This document shows, piece after piece, positions 39,956-51,800 of a DNA stretch of 64,000 nucleotides. The DNA comes from Tubiluchus corallicola. Lineage: Eukaryota; Animalia; Priapulida. A program made the position numbers and the translations under genes. Under the pieces are notes generated by a model. The model did no database searches, was not told the origin of the DNA, and worked only from the letters and a program-made list of their open reading frames with translations. Positions within the stretch are counted from its first letter, which is position 1. The number at the start of each line of letters is the position of its first letter. The DNA is taken from NCBI GenBank assembly GCA_030141605.1, contig JAQGDQ010000692.1, positions 1 to 64,000 on the forward strand, given 5' to 3'.

Positions 39956-42900
39956 CTTTCTCTCTCTCTCTCTCTCTCTCTTTCGTATTTAATTTTTATT
40001 TTTCTATTTCATTTGGGGCCACCAAATTCACTTCGCCTAGGGCCTCCAATTACCTAAGGCCGGCCCGGCATTCAAATATATATAGAAACTGTCGATAATA
40101 AAGTCGATAAGCACTTTTGTATGGCCAATGAGCTTTTGCTAGTTTTATGTCATCTTAGTTCGCGTTTAAGCACTACAAAATACGTAGAAACAAGGTACCT
40201 ATTTGTTTGTAAGCAGGTACGTTTGTGATGCGTTAATACGCTAGCATAGCAATTTTGCTTTGAATCTGTTACCCGCTCCCCCATGCAATAAATCTGATTA
40301 TAAAAGAATTTCAAGAAGCTAAACATTTAATCACTTGTCTAGAGGTATGCTTTGAGTATATTTAGGCATTACTTCGATTCTAAAATTCATTAAAACCCTT
40401 TGCAGTGCATATTTATCAGATGATTCATACTGCTGAACCAGTAATACCACACCCATCGGTTAACAGATTCAGTCCGTTAATTTGGTCAAAACACTTCAGT
40501 CCTAAAGTTAGTCTATTAAACGGCACCTACTGTACTAGCAAAACTCCAACAATAGCAAATTTATTAGTTTTGTTAGACACTGGCTATTCAAATAAAACGT
40601 CCCTCATAACAAATCAAACCTCTGCAACAGAATTAAGAACAATGTTTAAAATCCCAATTTTGCAAGCACATAAAGACTTCTACACAATCTTGTTTTTATA
40701 TAAATACATCAACAATATTAACACGCCCTTCATCAAAAATAAGCTTCCACTCCTCTTGGAGCCAACATTAAATCCAAGAACACACAATATTAAACAAATA
40801 CGCACTAATAACAAATACGGCAACAATTCTATCACTAAACAAGGAGTTCAACTTTGGAATACCCTGCCATCAAATTTAAAACAAATCAAGTCTTTCGACG
40901 AATTCAAATCAAAATTAAAAACACATACATTAAATCGTTTTGAAAACCCAACATACGTAAACGATAATATATATTCATCCACAAATTTCATTTACCCGCG
41001 TCCATTTTAAATTATATGTATATATTGTATATAGTCTATTATAATTTCCGTGTAATATTATAATGTATATTTTGTTTTAAATTTTTGGCACAGTAGTTTT
41101 TAGTTTGCACTGGACGCATTTGCCTTTAACAGTTGTGTGAATTTTATTCTCATGCTGCGATGTTCTTTTATGCTTTTATAGTTGTGAATATCGATTTTTT
41201 ATGGCAAATAAAGATTATTATATATATAAATGAGACATTCTTCCAAATACCTGAGCATTTTCAATCTTCACTTCATATCCTCGTCGTAGCACCAAATCAA
41301 GAAGCTTAGCATGATCCAGATGAGGATTCCGAAGCAGTGCCTGAAAAGGGCAAGTAAAGAATGAGCGAATTAAAAAACTTGGAATTTTGAGATAAAAGAA
41401 AAACTTTAGCCTTCGTGATTACATTAAGAATTCATAACAAAATTCAATGTTATATGCATTATATGAAAAGAAATATTTCAAAAGCATTGAGAGTAACACA
41501 ATTTGATAATGGTAATCACCTGCATTCTTTTTCCACAGTAATCTTAATAAAACGTGACTATGCTCAACAGGTTACTGAACACTTTATAATCATGATCACA
41601 GTTTTTCTTAGTTCTCGCTCCATTTCATCTTTCATTCACTACTACCCCAACTTTTATGTATATATTATCATTATTTCAATTATTAATCACTTCTTTAAGA
41701 TTTCCACGTACAGTTTGGCCTGTCAAGCTATACTTTTAGGCTCAAACTATAGGCATCAAAATTATTCTGTAATGTAATTTGCACATGTATATGCTGCATA
41801 AGAATCTCTTTTGTAATTTCTGGATAATATTTCATTTACATTTATATTTATTCAGTGAAATTATCTGTATTTTTATTACAACTGTTAGATGCAGAGTGGA
41901 AATGAATAAACTTATAACTTCAGTTTTGACCTTTGCATTACAAATACAGAATAGCAAATTATTTTTCATGCCGAATTTCAAATGATTAAAATTTACCCTA
42001 CGTATCGGAACCTTAAACAAAACATAACAGAAAATGATGACGATGATGACTATCATGTCTGTAAACACTTAACATACAAAAAAACCTGCTTGTGTAGTTA
42101 TTACCAGAGTTTGATGGAGTAAAGTTTGATGTCATCTAAACATGAGTCAGTTTTTACACTGACAGTTTTTGTTTGTCAGTTTTAGTATGACAGTTTAAAA
42201 ACTGATGGTGTAAAAGGTACAGAAATGCATACTGGGGTTTGAATCCCGACTTTATAGTTTTCATAAAATAAACTGTTAAGCTAATTGTTGTCTAAGCTGA
42301 TAGGTTTATTCACTTACAACAGTCACTACCTGTTGAATTTTCACAATTTCACAGTTCAAGCAAGGAATCATAACTATTCAAGTGCTATACAAACTACCAT
42401 GTTTACTAAAAGTTTTCAAAAATGAAAAAAACATGCTCCCTCCACTATAGGTTTAAACTTTTAAAAGATTACTATAGCATACTGCATTAATACCAAAATG
42501 CTATTATATCTATCCATTGCTGGATATCGTAAATTGCCCCACAATAGCAAGGTATCTTAACTATCAATAATGTGATTTTTCATCAAATTAAAAAATATTT
42601 CAAAGCTGTACCTGTTGCAGCAGATCCACAGACCTTCCAAGGAGCTCCAAATCAATTTTTTCCGTACCAATTGCAACTGGCACTTTTGCAAGGGCTCTTA
42701 CCTGCCTGTCCAAATCTTGATAGTAAGAACGGTGCTTTGCTTGCTTATAAATCTGAGGAAAATAATTTTACAATGTGCCAGGTGACTATGACAGTAAACA
42801 GAAGCATGGATTGAAAGAAGCCAATAAAGTTACCAAGAAATTTAACTCCTTCAGGACAATAATCATTTGCTGCATTTTGCATGCGTTCATGAAAAACTGC

Positions 42901-45900
42901 TCTCACTAAGTAGCGATTACATTACATTTGATCATTTTTGTAGGTTTCTACTCCTCACATAGATTTTCATGCAAAATTATAGGGTGTATAAGAAATGCAT
43001 TTACTTATTTTATACAAATTAAAATCGATTTTTGATAGAAAAATTGAAAAAAGCTTCCACTAACTGCAGCGTTTGCACTGTAACAATGTACAGTATCGCT
43101 CATGTGAAATCTGCTAATGAAGAAAATTGCAACTATCCAGACACAACACTCTGATAAACTTTGGCCTCAACTCTTCACTATTTTTAAGGAGAAATTCCTG
43201 ATAAAAGGTAACACCACCTTAATTTGTTCTTGACTGATCGTTTGATTTTTCCTGGAACTCTGTTCAGCAAACAGCTCTCTTGGGCTGTAGTAACAATGTA
43301 GTGTGTACGATCTTGCAAGTGTAAGCCAGACTAAGCTTTTCAATAGGCTAGGTTAAAGTGCCTGAAGAGGGCGTGTTTTACTCAGTTTTATCGAATTAAA
43401 TTACTTATAACTGTTTAAACAAATGGCATGATTGGATAGCCAAGATTCTTGTGAACAGAACAATACCTAATTTGTAATCATTTTGTTATATCTGTGCTCA
43501 TACAGTAACAGAAAAGTCATAGGTCTTATAAGACCTATTTTCAATGATACGTTCTTACCCAATTTTATCTAATTAAATTACTTATAAATGTTTAAACAAA
43601 TGGCATGATTGGATACCAAGATTCTCGTGAACAGAACAATACCTAATTTGTAATCATTTAGTTATGTCTGTGCTCATACAGTAACAGAGAAATCAAAGGT
43701 CTTATAAGACCTATTTTCAATGATACGTTCTTACTCAATTTTATCGAATTAAATTACTTATCAATGTTTAAACAAATGGCATGATTGGATACCAAGATTC
43801 TCGTGAACAGAACAATACCTAATTTGTAATCATTTAGTCATGTCTGTACTCATACAGTAACAGAAAAGTCATAGGTCTTATAAGACCTATTTTCAATGAT
43901 GCGTTCCTGAAGGAGTTAAGAAAATTTGAGGTGCCGCACAATGCTTAATTTTAATTTAGCAAATCAGTAGATGACTTCACCATTAACTATACAGATGCAA
44001 ACATGATTATATTAATAGGTCGTAGTTGCCTAACTGAAGTTCAGCAATAATATTAACAAATAGCTCTGCCAATTTTACTCTTGTATTGTGCATAATTTTA
44101 TCACAGAAATCAGTTACAGACATGGCATACAGTTATGAGACTGAACTTTGTAAAATCACAATGTGGTAGATCAATAATTTTTGCAAACATACATGAGCAG
44201 ATTTTTAAAATACTATTACTAATCTTATGTCACCTAAATTAGTGACAGACAGCACATCAAATATACAAAACATTATCTAGCAATCAAGTCCAACTTTCAA
44301 AAATCAGAAAAGTTTGTGCCAATCACTTATATTGATCGAGCCACCAAATCTGGCACATAACAGATAAAAAATCAGTGAGCATCATTTAAATTTTGTAACG
44401 TAAGTCTGCTAGCTTTGGTACTTCCAAGTTTGTGAAACAAAATGTGCATCATTCAGTTCTGCTTTTGATCTTGATAGCCCTGATGACAGAGATTAGCAAG
44501 TACACAAACAACACGGTGCCTGTTGCAATGTACGTCCATATCACAGTGTTCTCTTCGGGCATGAAACATTTGCTGACAACAACGTTACGAGGCGTGAACC
44601 TCACTAGCAGGTAAGCAGGATTGTTGCGATTTCTCCAGCTAAACGAGGGAACTGTCCATTCGGGAGTTCCGTCTGGATGAATCACGTAACATCCATGGTG
44701 GGTGTGTCCCGTAAAAATGGCTCGAGGCTTCAACAAAGAAAAAATTTTTTCCGTTGCTTCTTTCGACAGGCATTCCCACTTTTCTCGAAAGTTTTCAGAT
44801 TTTTCTTCCACCGATGCAGCATCTGGGCCAGTGCAGACTTCGTCGGAAGGTCGATACATGGGAAAATGCTGCATAACAACGGGATTCGAGTAGGAAGCAT
44901 TTAGCATGCCAGTGCACAGGGATTCTCCATTTTTGGCACAGTTTAGCACCTTTGACAATGATTCCAATAATTTCACAGCTTCAGAACACATGTCGCATTT
45001 GTCTCCCTCCATTGCCATACTATTTATCAGCACGAATACATTTTCTTTGATGGTAACATATTTAACAGACGGAGTGGCAAAAGTTTTCTTAAACCGTTTA
45101 TACAACTGACTATTGACAGCATAATAATGAAAGCCAATATCATGATTGCCCATCACAACATAGAGTGGTACTTCCTTGGGCAGATAAAACATGCTGTAGA
45201 ACCGGTCTACAGTTTTCTGAAACTCCTGCGCACTCGCCCACTGCCCTTCGTCGAAGAGATCGCCCAGGACAAAAACTACCTCCGGCCGATGAAGCACAAC
45301 TGCCGTTTGGAAGGATCGCCACATTTGCCACTCACGGCGTAACTTGTCCCACCAATGTCCACGTCGTGAGCCAAGAAGATGCGGATCGGCAAGAATTAGA
45401 CCATCAAGAGATGAGACATTTGTTTCAATCAAGGGCCATGAACACTGGATCAAAACGAGGTAATAGATGAACCACTCATTGCACAGAAAGACAGCAAACG
45501 CTCCAAAAGTTAGACGAAATACAAGTTTCTTTACGTATGTTTTTTGGAGACGCATTTTGAGAACTGTCACTCTCCAAAATAATCTTTGCCCGATTAAATT
45601 TTAAACTTTGCAGCAATAAGAAGTCATCTTGGCCTATCATCAGGTGTTATGATACATTTCCTGCAGAGAAATTAGTGTTACTATACTTCAGTTTTGCGCT
45701 CTTTATTCTCTCGGTAAATATTAAATATTCATCTAACCTTCAATAACAATTCTCAATACAGGGTTTATGTCCAAATTATTCTGATTAATTCCACTTCTAT
45801 TAATTTTCAGGTAACATGCCTAAGCTTAATTTTGCACATAAATTGTTTTAAGGAGATAAAATTAAAGTGTAAATTGTACATACAATTACTATAAGATATA

Positions 45901-47656
45901 GTCTTACACTCCAACTTTGCAAACCAGTTAACAAAAGAATTTTAATAGTTATATTAATATGACACACAAACAATAGACGGTGTAGAAAGACCTCGCGTAA
46001 TGCAATCACATTTAGCGATTAATCATTTTAAAGTTTAAATAATGACTGCTTAAATTTAACAGTGATGTAGTATTCGTAATACACACTGATATATATATAT
46101 ATCATATAATGAGTTCATGAAACTGTGGGTTTTTTTAAAAATGGCAAGGATCCAGTAGTGTGCACTGTGTAAAGTTCAGTGCCATCTTTTGGTGGACAAG
46201 TGAAGCATAGCATATACTTGTTTTTTATACAGTAAAATGGCGTTTACCTGGCTTCCCGGATGCGTATACGTTATGCGGAATAGATTTATATACTGGTTTC
46301 AAATCTATCCGTTTATCAGCATTATTTTTTTCTGCAGCTATTTCACACCTATTATATGTAGCTATTCTGTAAGAGCGCAGCACATCACGCATATACAGTC
46401 TGGATAACAAGTAAATGCCATTTGCTAATTCATTTCTTTGTTTCTGTCATTGATTCATGGAATTTTCGTCCTCTCTAAATTCATAAACGTGTGTCCTTAT
46501 CGTCACTTAAATCACATCTAAAAAACACTTGGGTTTCAACAAGCACCCCAAATATTATTCTTGAAGTGACCGTAGACTAACTGTTCTTTAAACGTGAATG
46601 TGGGTTGGCTCTTCTCAACTAAAATGTGAACTAGTCACACAGAATGTAAAAACTAGGATGGAACCCCCTTTTAACTACCCATAGATGCGGTGCCCCTTTT
46701 GAAACAATTAGCCATTTTCTAATTATCTGCCTGCTATATCACCAGACTCGAGATATATTACTAAGCAAACTCTGTACTTTGTTAATTCCTCACAATATTA
46801 GAATTTATAATCTGTCAACAAATGAACTCGTTTATCTGCTTCTTCATGATAATCAACACTTAAATACAACTGCTAACATCCAAGTATTTAAACTTGTACA
46901 GAACTTTATATTTCTAACTAAGTGCTTCTAACCATTGTATTAGTTTATAATGTTTATATAATAATATTAATGTCATCTCAACATTATGCTATGTATGTAT
47001 ATATACTGCTAGTAGTCGTATTTACATGCTTCAACTGTTTGTTTATTGTCTGCACTCTTCTAAGTATACGTAAAACATATTGTAATCTTTGTTATTCAAC
47101 AAACCTATATTTAAATTAAACTAACTAAACTCCATTTTACACCGAATTACAAAAAATAATGAAAAATTATCTATTTGCTGCTGTCATTTAGCGACTTATG
47201 GCCTTGTGGATTTAAGCACACATCTGTTAACAGTGATATGGGTACATTCATGTTCATTTATGCACCCCAAGCGCATTATAAAGCATCCGATTTGTTTGAC
47301 TTTGGAATAATTCAAAGTGACATTTGAGTAAAAAGCAGAACTCTTTGAGTTAAGCACGCTCAACAGCACAAATTCCACACAAGCAAAAACTTCTAAAAAG
47401 CTGAATTTACATTAGCCATATACTACTGACTGATCAACTAGGTGTGAAAGGATCCTAACATATTGGAATTATTAATAGTAACTATTAATCCGAGTATTAC
47501 TAGTAAAAGACTAGTAAGTACCTGCTCACAATAAGTAGCCCACTGGAAGGCATTCCTCACACTATTTTCATCATACGTGATTACTGCATTAGTCCGTGAC
47601 GCCTGCAAAATTTCTAGAAAAGTGTAAACATTTTTGAGGATATCTGCCAGTGACAT
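32527..47656 (-). CDS. FANCF: Fanconi anemia group F-like protein, 8 coding exons, 353 aa
   Basis: Exons 47656-47522 (MSLADILKNVYTFLEILQASRTNAVITYDENSVRNAFQWATYCEQ), 42752-42612 (IYKQ...LGRSVDLLQQ), 41340-41251 (ALLRNPHL...), 39720-39545, 38029-37972, 36585-36464 (FLKTWLL), 35078-34938 (WCVPLETLATVASKWHEFYVLYMKTL...PDY...W), 32725-32527 (...FTLWKDV...stop). All GT-AG, phases 0,0,0,2,0,2,2 are consistent, 1062 nt. N- and C-terminal motifs parallel human FANCF as I recall it (WDPATVRRALQWARY; LLENRAL; SIWTDL). Confidence 0.85.
32751..33140 (+). mobile_element. Family B TIR element, copy 3, 25 nt from the FANCF last-exon acceptor
   Basis: Homologous to 1219-1604. Confidence 0.85.
33371..33581. 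repeat. Tandem duplication, ~105 bp x2
   Basis: AGGCTCATCCACTAGCAAC at 33371 and 33476. Confidence 0.9.
33770..34215. mobile_element. Dispersed repeat family G; reverse copy at ~50945-51395
   Basis: AAGTCGGCAATTAAGCTTT...CATTTTGATACC.AGCTCATC matches the reverse complement of 51280-51394. Confidence 0.7.
34300..34770 (+). mobile_element. LINE (L2/CR1-group) 3' remnant
   Basis: Translates RKFSIKYNGPYIWNSIAPAIKNANSLSIFKK, typical ORF2 C-terminus, then an AT-rich tail with AATAAA and an A-run. Confidence 0.7.
35515..36443. repeat. AGTAATC/GTAACG-based compound tandem array, likely expanded subterminal repeats of a TIR element
   Basis: Units such as AGTAATCAGTAACGGATTACACTTACTAAA; ends in ACCCATCACTG (reverse complement CAGTGATGGGT). 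Confidence 0.9.
37345..37905. repeat. Minisatellite, 33-bp unit x~17
   Basis: CAATAATTAACAATCATAATCATCCACATTGTA repeated. Confidence 0.97.
38374..39256. repeat. Minisatellite, ~55-57-bp unit x~16
   Basis: AGAAATTACACAGTTAAAAAAACAATTAAAAATACCGAGTCATAAAATCTGTTTT repeated. Confidence 0.97.
39810..39981. repeat. (CT)n microsatellite
   Basis: Interrupted CT dinucleotide run. Confidence 0.97.
40590..41225 (+). mobile_element. 5'-truncated LINE (L2/CR1-group) ORF2 C-terminus and 3' UTR
   Basis: RTNNKYGNNSITKQGVQLWNTLPSNLKQIKSFDEFKSKLK motif, followed by AATAAA and an (ATT)n tail near 41207-41222. Confidence 0.8.
43378..43905. repeat. Tandem repeat, ~176-bp unit x3
   Basis: Unit starts at 43378, 43555 and 43731; each contains the palindrome AGGTCTTATAAGACCT. 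Confidence 0.95.
44449..45555 (-). CDS. MPPE1: Metallophosphoesterase 1 (PGAP5, GPI-remodelling), uninterrupted ORF, 368 aa, nested in FANCF intron 1
   Basis: N-terminal TM with FLCNEWFIYY; ADPHLLG, WDKLRREWQM, LGDLFDEG, GNHDIGF, QHFP, FTGHTH, VPSFSWRNRNNP; C-terminal TM. First in-frame ATG at 45555 (track starts at a GTG, 45570). Confidence 0.95.
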   Translation of the reverse strand: MRLQKTYVKKLVFRLTFGAFAVFLCNEWFIYYLVLIQCSWPLIETNVSSLDGLILADPHLLGSRRGHWWDKLRREWQMWRSFQTAVVLHRPEVVFVLGDLFDEGQWASAQEFQKTVDRFYSMFYLPKEVPLYVVMGNHDIGFHYYAVNSQLYKRFKKTFATPSVKYVTIKENVFVLINSMAMEGDKCDMCSEAVKLLESLSKVLNCAKNGESLCTGMLNASYSNPVVMQHFPMYRPSDEVCTGPDAASVEEKSENFREKWECLSKEATEKIFSLLKPRAIFTGHTHHGCYVIHPDGTPEWTVPSFSWRNRNNPAYLLVRFTPRNVVVSKCFMPEENTVIWTYIATGTVLFVYLLISVIRAIKIKSRTE

Positions 47657-47900
47657 ATTTTAGACAGCAGTAACAGCCATAATAAAAATCACTTTCAAGT
47701 CTTTTCCTTGCTTCAGCTGGTTCACATCAAGACATTAATCAGCTTAAACACCGTAAAGATTACGGACACATCACGATTTCAGTTTCAATTTCAAAAATCA
47801 ACGATTTACTCAGCAGGTATTTTCATAATGTCATTACCCATTACGCACTGCGGGCAACAACCGAAACTTTTCTGTACATGCAAGCTCGGTTTGCTCGCAA
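47657..47900. promoter_or_regulatory. Putative bidirectional promoter region for FANCF and NUDCD3-like
   Basis: FANCF ATG at 47656 (-); a + strand donor CAG|GTATTT at 47816/47817 could join the acceptor at 48828; locally higher CpG content. Inferred. Confidence 0.45.
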
Positions 47901-48838
47901 AAGATTACCGTACGTGCCGTTACCCATAGAAACCTGGTTTGTTTTAGAAGCTTTGATGATCATCTGAATGTTACTGACTTTTTGCATCGTGTCTTTGGTA
48001 ATTATAATCGCCATTTTTGTTCCTTGGTAATAATTTGCCTGTATTTTATGTTAGTGGTTTATTCAGTATTTGTTCATTTATTAAAATTTTCATTTACACA
48101 TGGCCCAAACTAGTACAAATGATATCGCATATGTTGCGTACTTTGGCAATGGACGTGTTGTTCTTTGTACAATTGAAAAGTGAATGAAATTGTACGGTTT
48201 TCTTGCTGCCATTAAAGCAAGAATGAGAATGGGTCCATATATATGAAAATCTCTAATGTTCACGTGGCATCATTTAAACATATGCACTGATACTATTGTT
48301 TAATTCATTGTGATGGCAGTTTATTCAACATATCACTATTGTTAATAATCGGTTATGAGTAAGAAAAAACGGTTTAGCTTGATTTACATTCCAAAAGTGT
48401 TCTTTCCACGATACAACTTGGAAATATAGTTAGATGTTTCTTGATATGATATTCCTGCTTTACCAATTACAATCTTTATGCAGAGCCCTAGCTGAAGTTG
48501 TGCATCTACCTAGATGTAATTTTCTCGAGCAGAGTTTGGGTTTCTGGGCGTTTTGGAGATTTAAAAAACCAAGAATCGTGAAGATTTTTTTCTTTTTTTA
48601 GAATTTAATGACACTTCTGCAAAATCTTCCTTATATGCAAGGTTATCATTATATGAATGAAATAATTTTGCCCATAGATATATTTTTTCAACTTTTTTCG
48701 TTTCTTGAGTTCCTGATAATTCTTGACTGCAGACGGTGAGATGCTTAACGCAAAACAATACCGTGTTATTTTTTTAATCTAAATTATTGTTGTGAATTGT
48801 TACGAATGAAGATACTTTATGTTATTAGTGATTCTACT

Positions 48839-51800
48839 ATGCCTGATACAGAGTGTTACAATGGAGCAGTGCGTAAGAACTATTCTTGGTCTCAGTCAAT
48901 AGCAGATGTCGATGTCCGTATTCCCGTACCTGAATGTGTTAGAAGAGGGGAAGATGTACAGGTGGGTGTACATATGGAAACACGTCTACACGTTTGTATA
49001 TGCATTACGGATCACGCCTTACACATGGAGTCGTACCTTTACCATTAAACTTTCTTATAAATTTGTGAAAATTTTAAATGCTTTGTGACTAGTTCTAGTT
49101 TTAGTTCTTTAATAAAAAACAAAAAAGGGAGTAACTATCTACTGAGAAACTACTTTAGTAGTTCAATGCAGTATTTAACTATTGAGGGCCGAATATGAGT
49201 CCTTCATCGGTGCAAAAATAAAAAAGCTTAAATTCACGAGCGACCTAGGCCAAGTTTTGATTTCTTATGTTAAAGCAAAACCGGACCCAATCTTAAACTG
49301 TCGATCAAAACAATCTGCGCTTTAGAATATTGAAAGGAAACATACTATTTTTTCAAAAATCACTTGCGTGAAATAATTACCACAGAATTCACGTTTGCGC
49401 CACTAGTTCTTCGCTGGTACATGCATTTTGCCATTTGCTACTTAGACGGGCACTAGCACCTACATTTCGGAAATACAATGCACAAAAACAGGTGCTGTAC
49501 CACGCAGTTCAGATGTGTTACTTTGTGATGCACTACACATGTTCAACAATTCATGTGTGAGAACAGCGGTAAATTTAAAATTTGAATTTTTATCTTAAAA
49601 CTTGCCTAATTTTAGCACAACACACTGAATCTGTTACAGTAGCACTGTACTTTAATTTTCGCTTTTGCAAATATGTGCAACACGCTCGTGGAATATTTTT
49701 GTGTTTGAAAATTATGCTAATTTGTGATGTCATCAATAGTTGGGCTTGCCCACTGTTAATTAAGATTTTAATCTATTATTTAATTATCAGAAACGCTTTT
49801 GCAGTATTAATTGTGTTAAAATGTAGATTTTTTTACTGGACTTGAAAATGGGCCAGTATATGAAAAGTGTCTTCTTTTAGAATACATAAATTACAGTTCA
49901 ATTTCCGAGCTCAGTTTTACTTTTCTTTACAATCATTGTTACTGCAGGTTTCTATACAAGCGCAGTCACTAGATGTACATGTGAAACACGACATCAATTT
50001 TGATGACGTTGTTTGCGGGAAACTGTGCTGGAAAATAAACAAGGAAGAATCCATGTGGACTCTACTGCCTGGAGAATGCATTCAAGTTAGTATTTGAAAT
50101 ACCCTCATATCTCCGTTTGCCAGACAAAAGCGGGAAGATGTCGGTCCGAATTGCCAATTGTCCATATTTACTGATACCAAGCTAATATTATACGTGCCGT
50201 GTATAGACTCTTGGTAATGTAGAATCAATCGCCTAATTGTCTCAAAACCGTCTAGAGCTGGCCCTGACATACAAGCTGCATGCGTGTCATTACACGCTGC
50301 TTGATTGCTCTGATGTAAACAATGTGACGACCTGCCAACTAGCGGTCAGCTCGTGAAACAACGGTCTGTGTCCATAGTATGCAGGACTACTAACGGACCA
50401 GATTTTGTCCGATTTTTCCGATATCCGCAAATGCGAGGTCCGGTCAGATATGAGTGTGTTCTGTTTTCTAAATCCTTTTGCCTTTCATTTACTAATAGTT
50501 CAGACCTTTGAATGAAAGAAAAATCCTTATCTGTGAGTGCTGATAGCTCATTATCATTGTCTACACATGAGGCCTGTTTTTGTTTGAATAAATAGCTTTA
50601 CACTCTGTTTAATATTACTTTTGCTATAGGGATTTTAAGACAGTAAAGTACAGATTGTAACATGCACTCTTGGCAAATGCAGTCAAATATGCAGAAATAA
50701 ACAGTATTTTGAATCATTGACTCACTGTCTCCTGCACTTAAATTCTTGTTTCATACACGTGCTTTTAGTATGAAATCTTACCTTATAAGCGTGTGACCAT
50801 ATTTTCGTTGCCTATGTGTGTGCTTCCAAACCAAAACCGTCCACAAGTCAGCATAGTAAAAACTTAGTAAAAACAGCAACGTGTTATGATGGTTCAAAGT
50901 AGAATACACCAAAAAAAATTTCAAATGTCAATTTTTTGTTTTTTATAAAATCTAATTTTATGACCCCAAACCCACTTTTATGGCTAGAAACCAGTAATGC
51001 AATTGTAAAAAAAAATTGTACTTCATCCTCCAATAGTAACTAACGGAAACAGTCATTTTGCTTCGGGTTTTTTTACATTGCCAAGCCCAGATCTTTGTCA
51101 GTAAGAGCCATCTACTAGATTTAAACATAACATTAATGTGTTCTTGCAAAGTCCGAGCAACTGACCTTTTGCACGGTTGTTTAATGTTTTGTAGAAACAT
51201 GACAAAAAACAATGGCTGACTTTAGCAGTGATTTACTCAAGGTTACATTTCTCAGTGCATAGCCTGCACCTCAACTTCAACGTGGATTATCTCAGCTTAG
51301 AAATAACATAGAGCGATGAGCTCGGTATCAAAATGATCCTCATAAAATGGAGATTCGGGATGCGTGAATAACTAGAAAGCTTAATTGCCGACTTATTGAC
51401 GATTTTGCCATGCAAGCGCACATATACGAATTCGTTGAACAAGGTACGAATTCCGAAGTTGCATGAATGGGACATTTATGTTGCAGATAAATTTGGCAAA
51501 GAGCGATGAACGATGGTGGGATGCTTTGTTGGAAGGAGAAGAAAAGATTGACTTAAGTGAAATCGATGCATGCAGGGAAAAGGACACACTTTCAGCAGAA
51601 GAACAAGCAACTGTAGATAAAATGTTGTACGATCATCACCAGAAATTAAGAGGAAAACCTACAACAGAGGAACAGGTGAGTAGTAGGGCTATAACGATAC
51701 ACCTAAGTCACGATACAATACATATTGCGATATTAACCTCACGATAAGATACATATCGCGATACTAACCTCACGATACGATACATATCGCGATACTAACC

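Noticed and set aside
40405-41010. 201-aa ORF as a host gene
   Set aside because: Its C-terminal part is a LINE ORF2 remnant; it starts at GTG and lies antisense in a FANCF intron.
46225-46410. 61-aa ORF as FANCF exon 2
   Set aside because: Available acceptors give stops in phase 0; 42752-42612 fits phase and homology.
48184-48246. MKLYGFLAAIKARMRMG as a remnant of the NUDCD3 N-terminus
   Set aside because: Too short, ends in a stop, lacks RKTDF and a donor site; likely chance.
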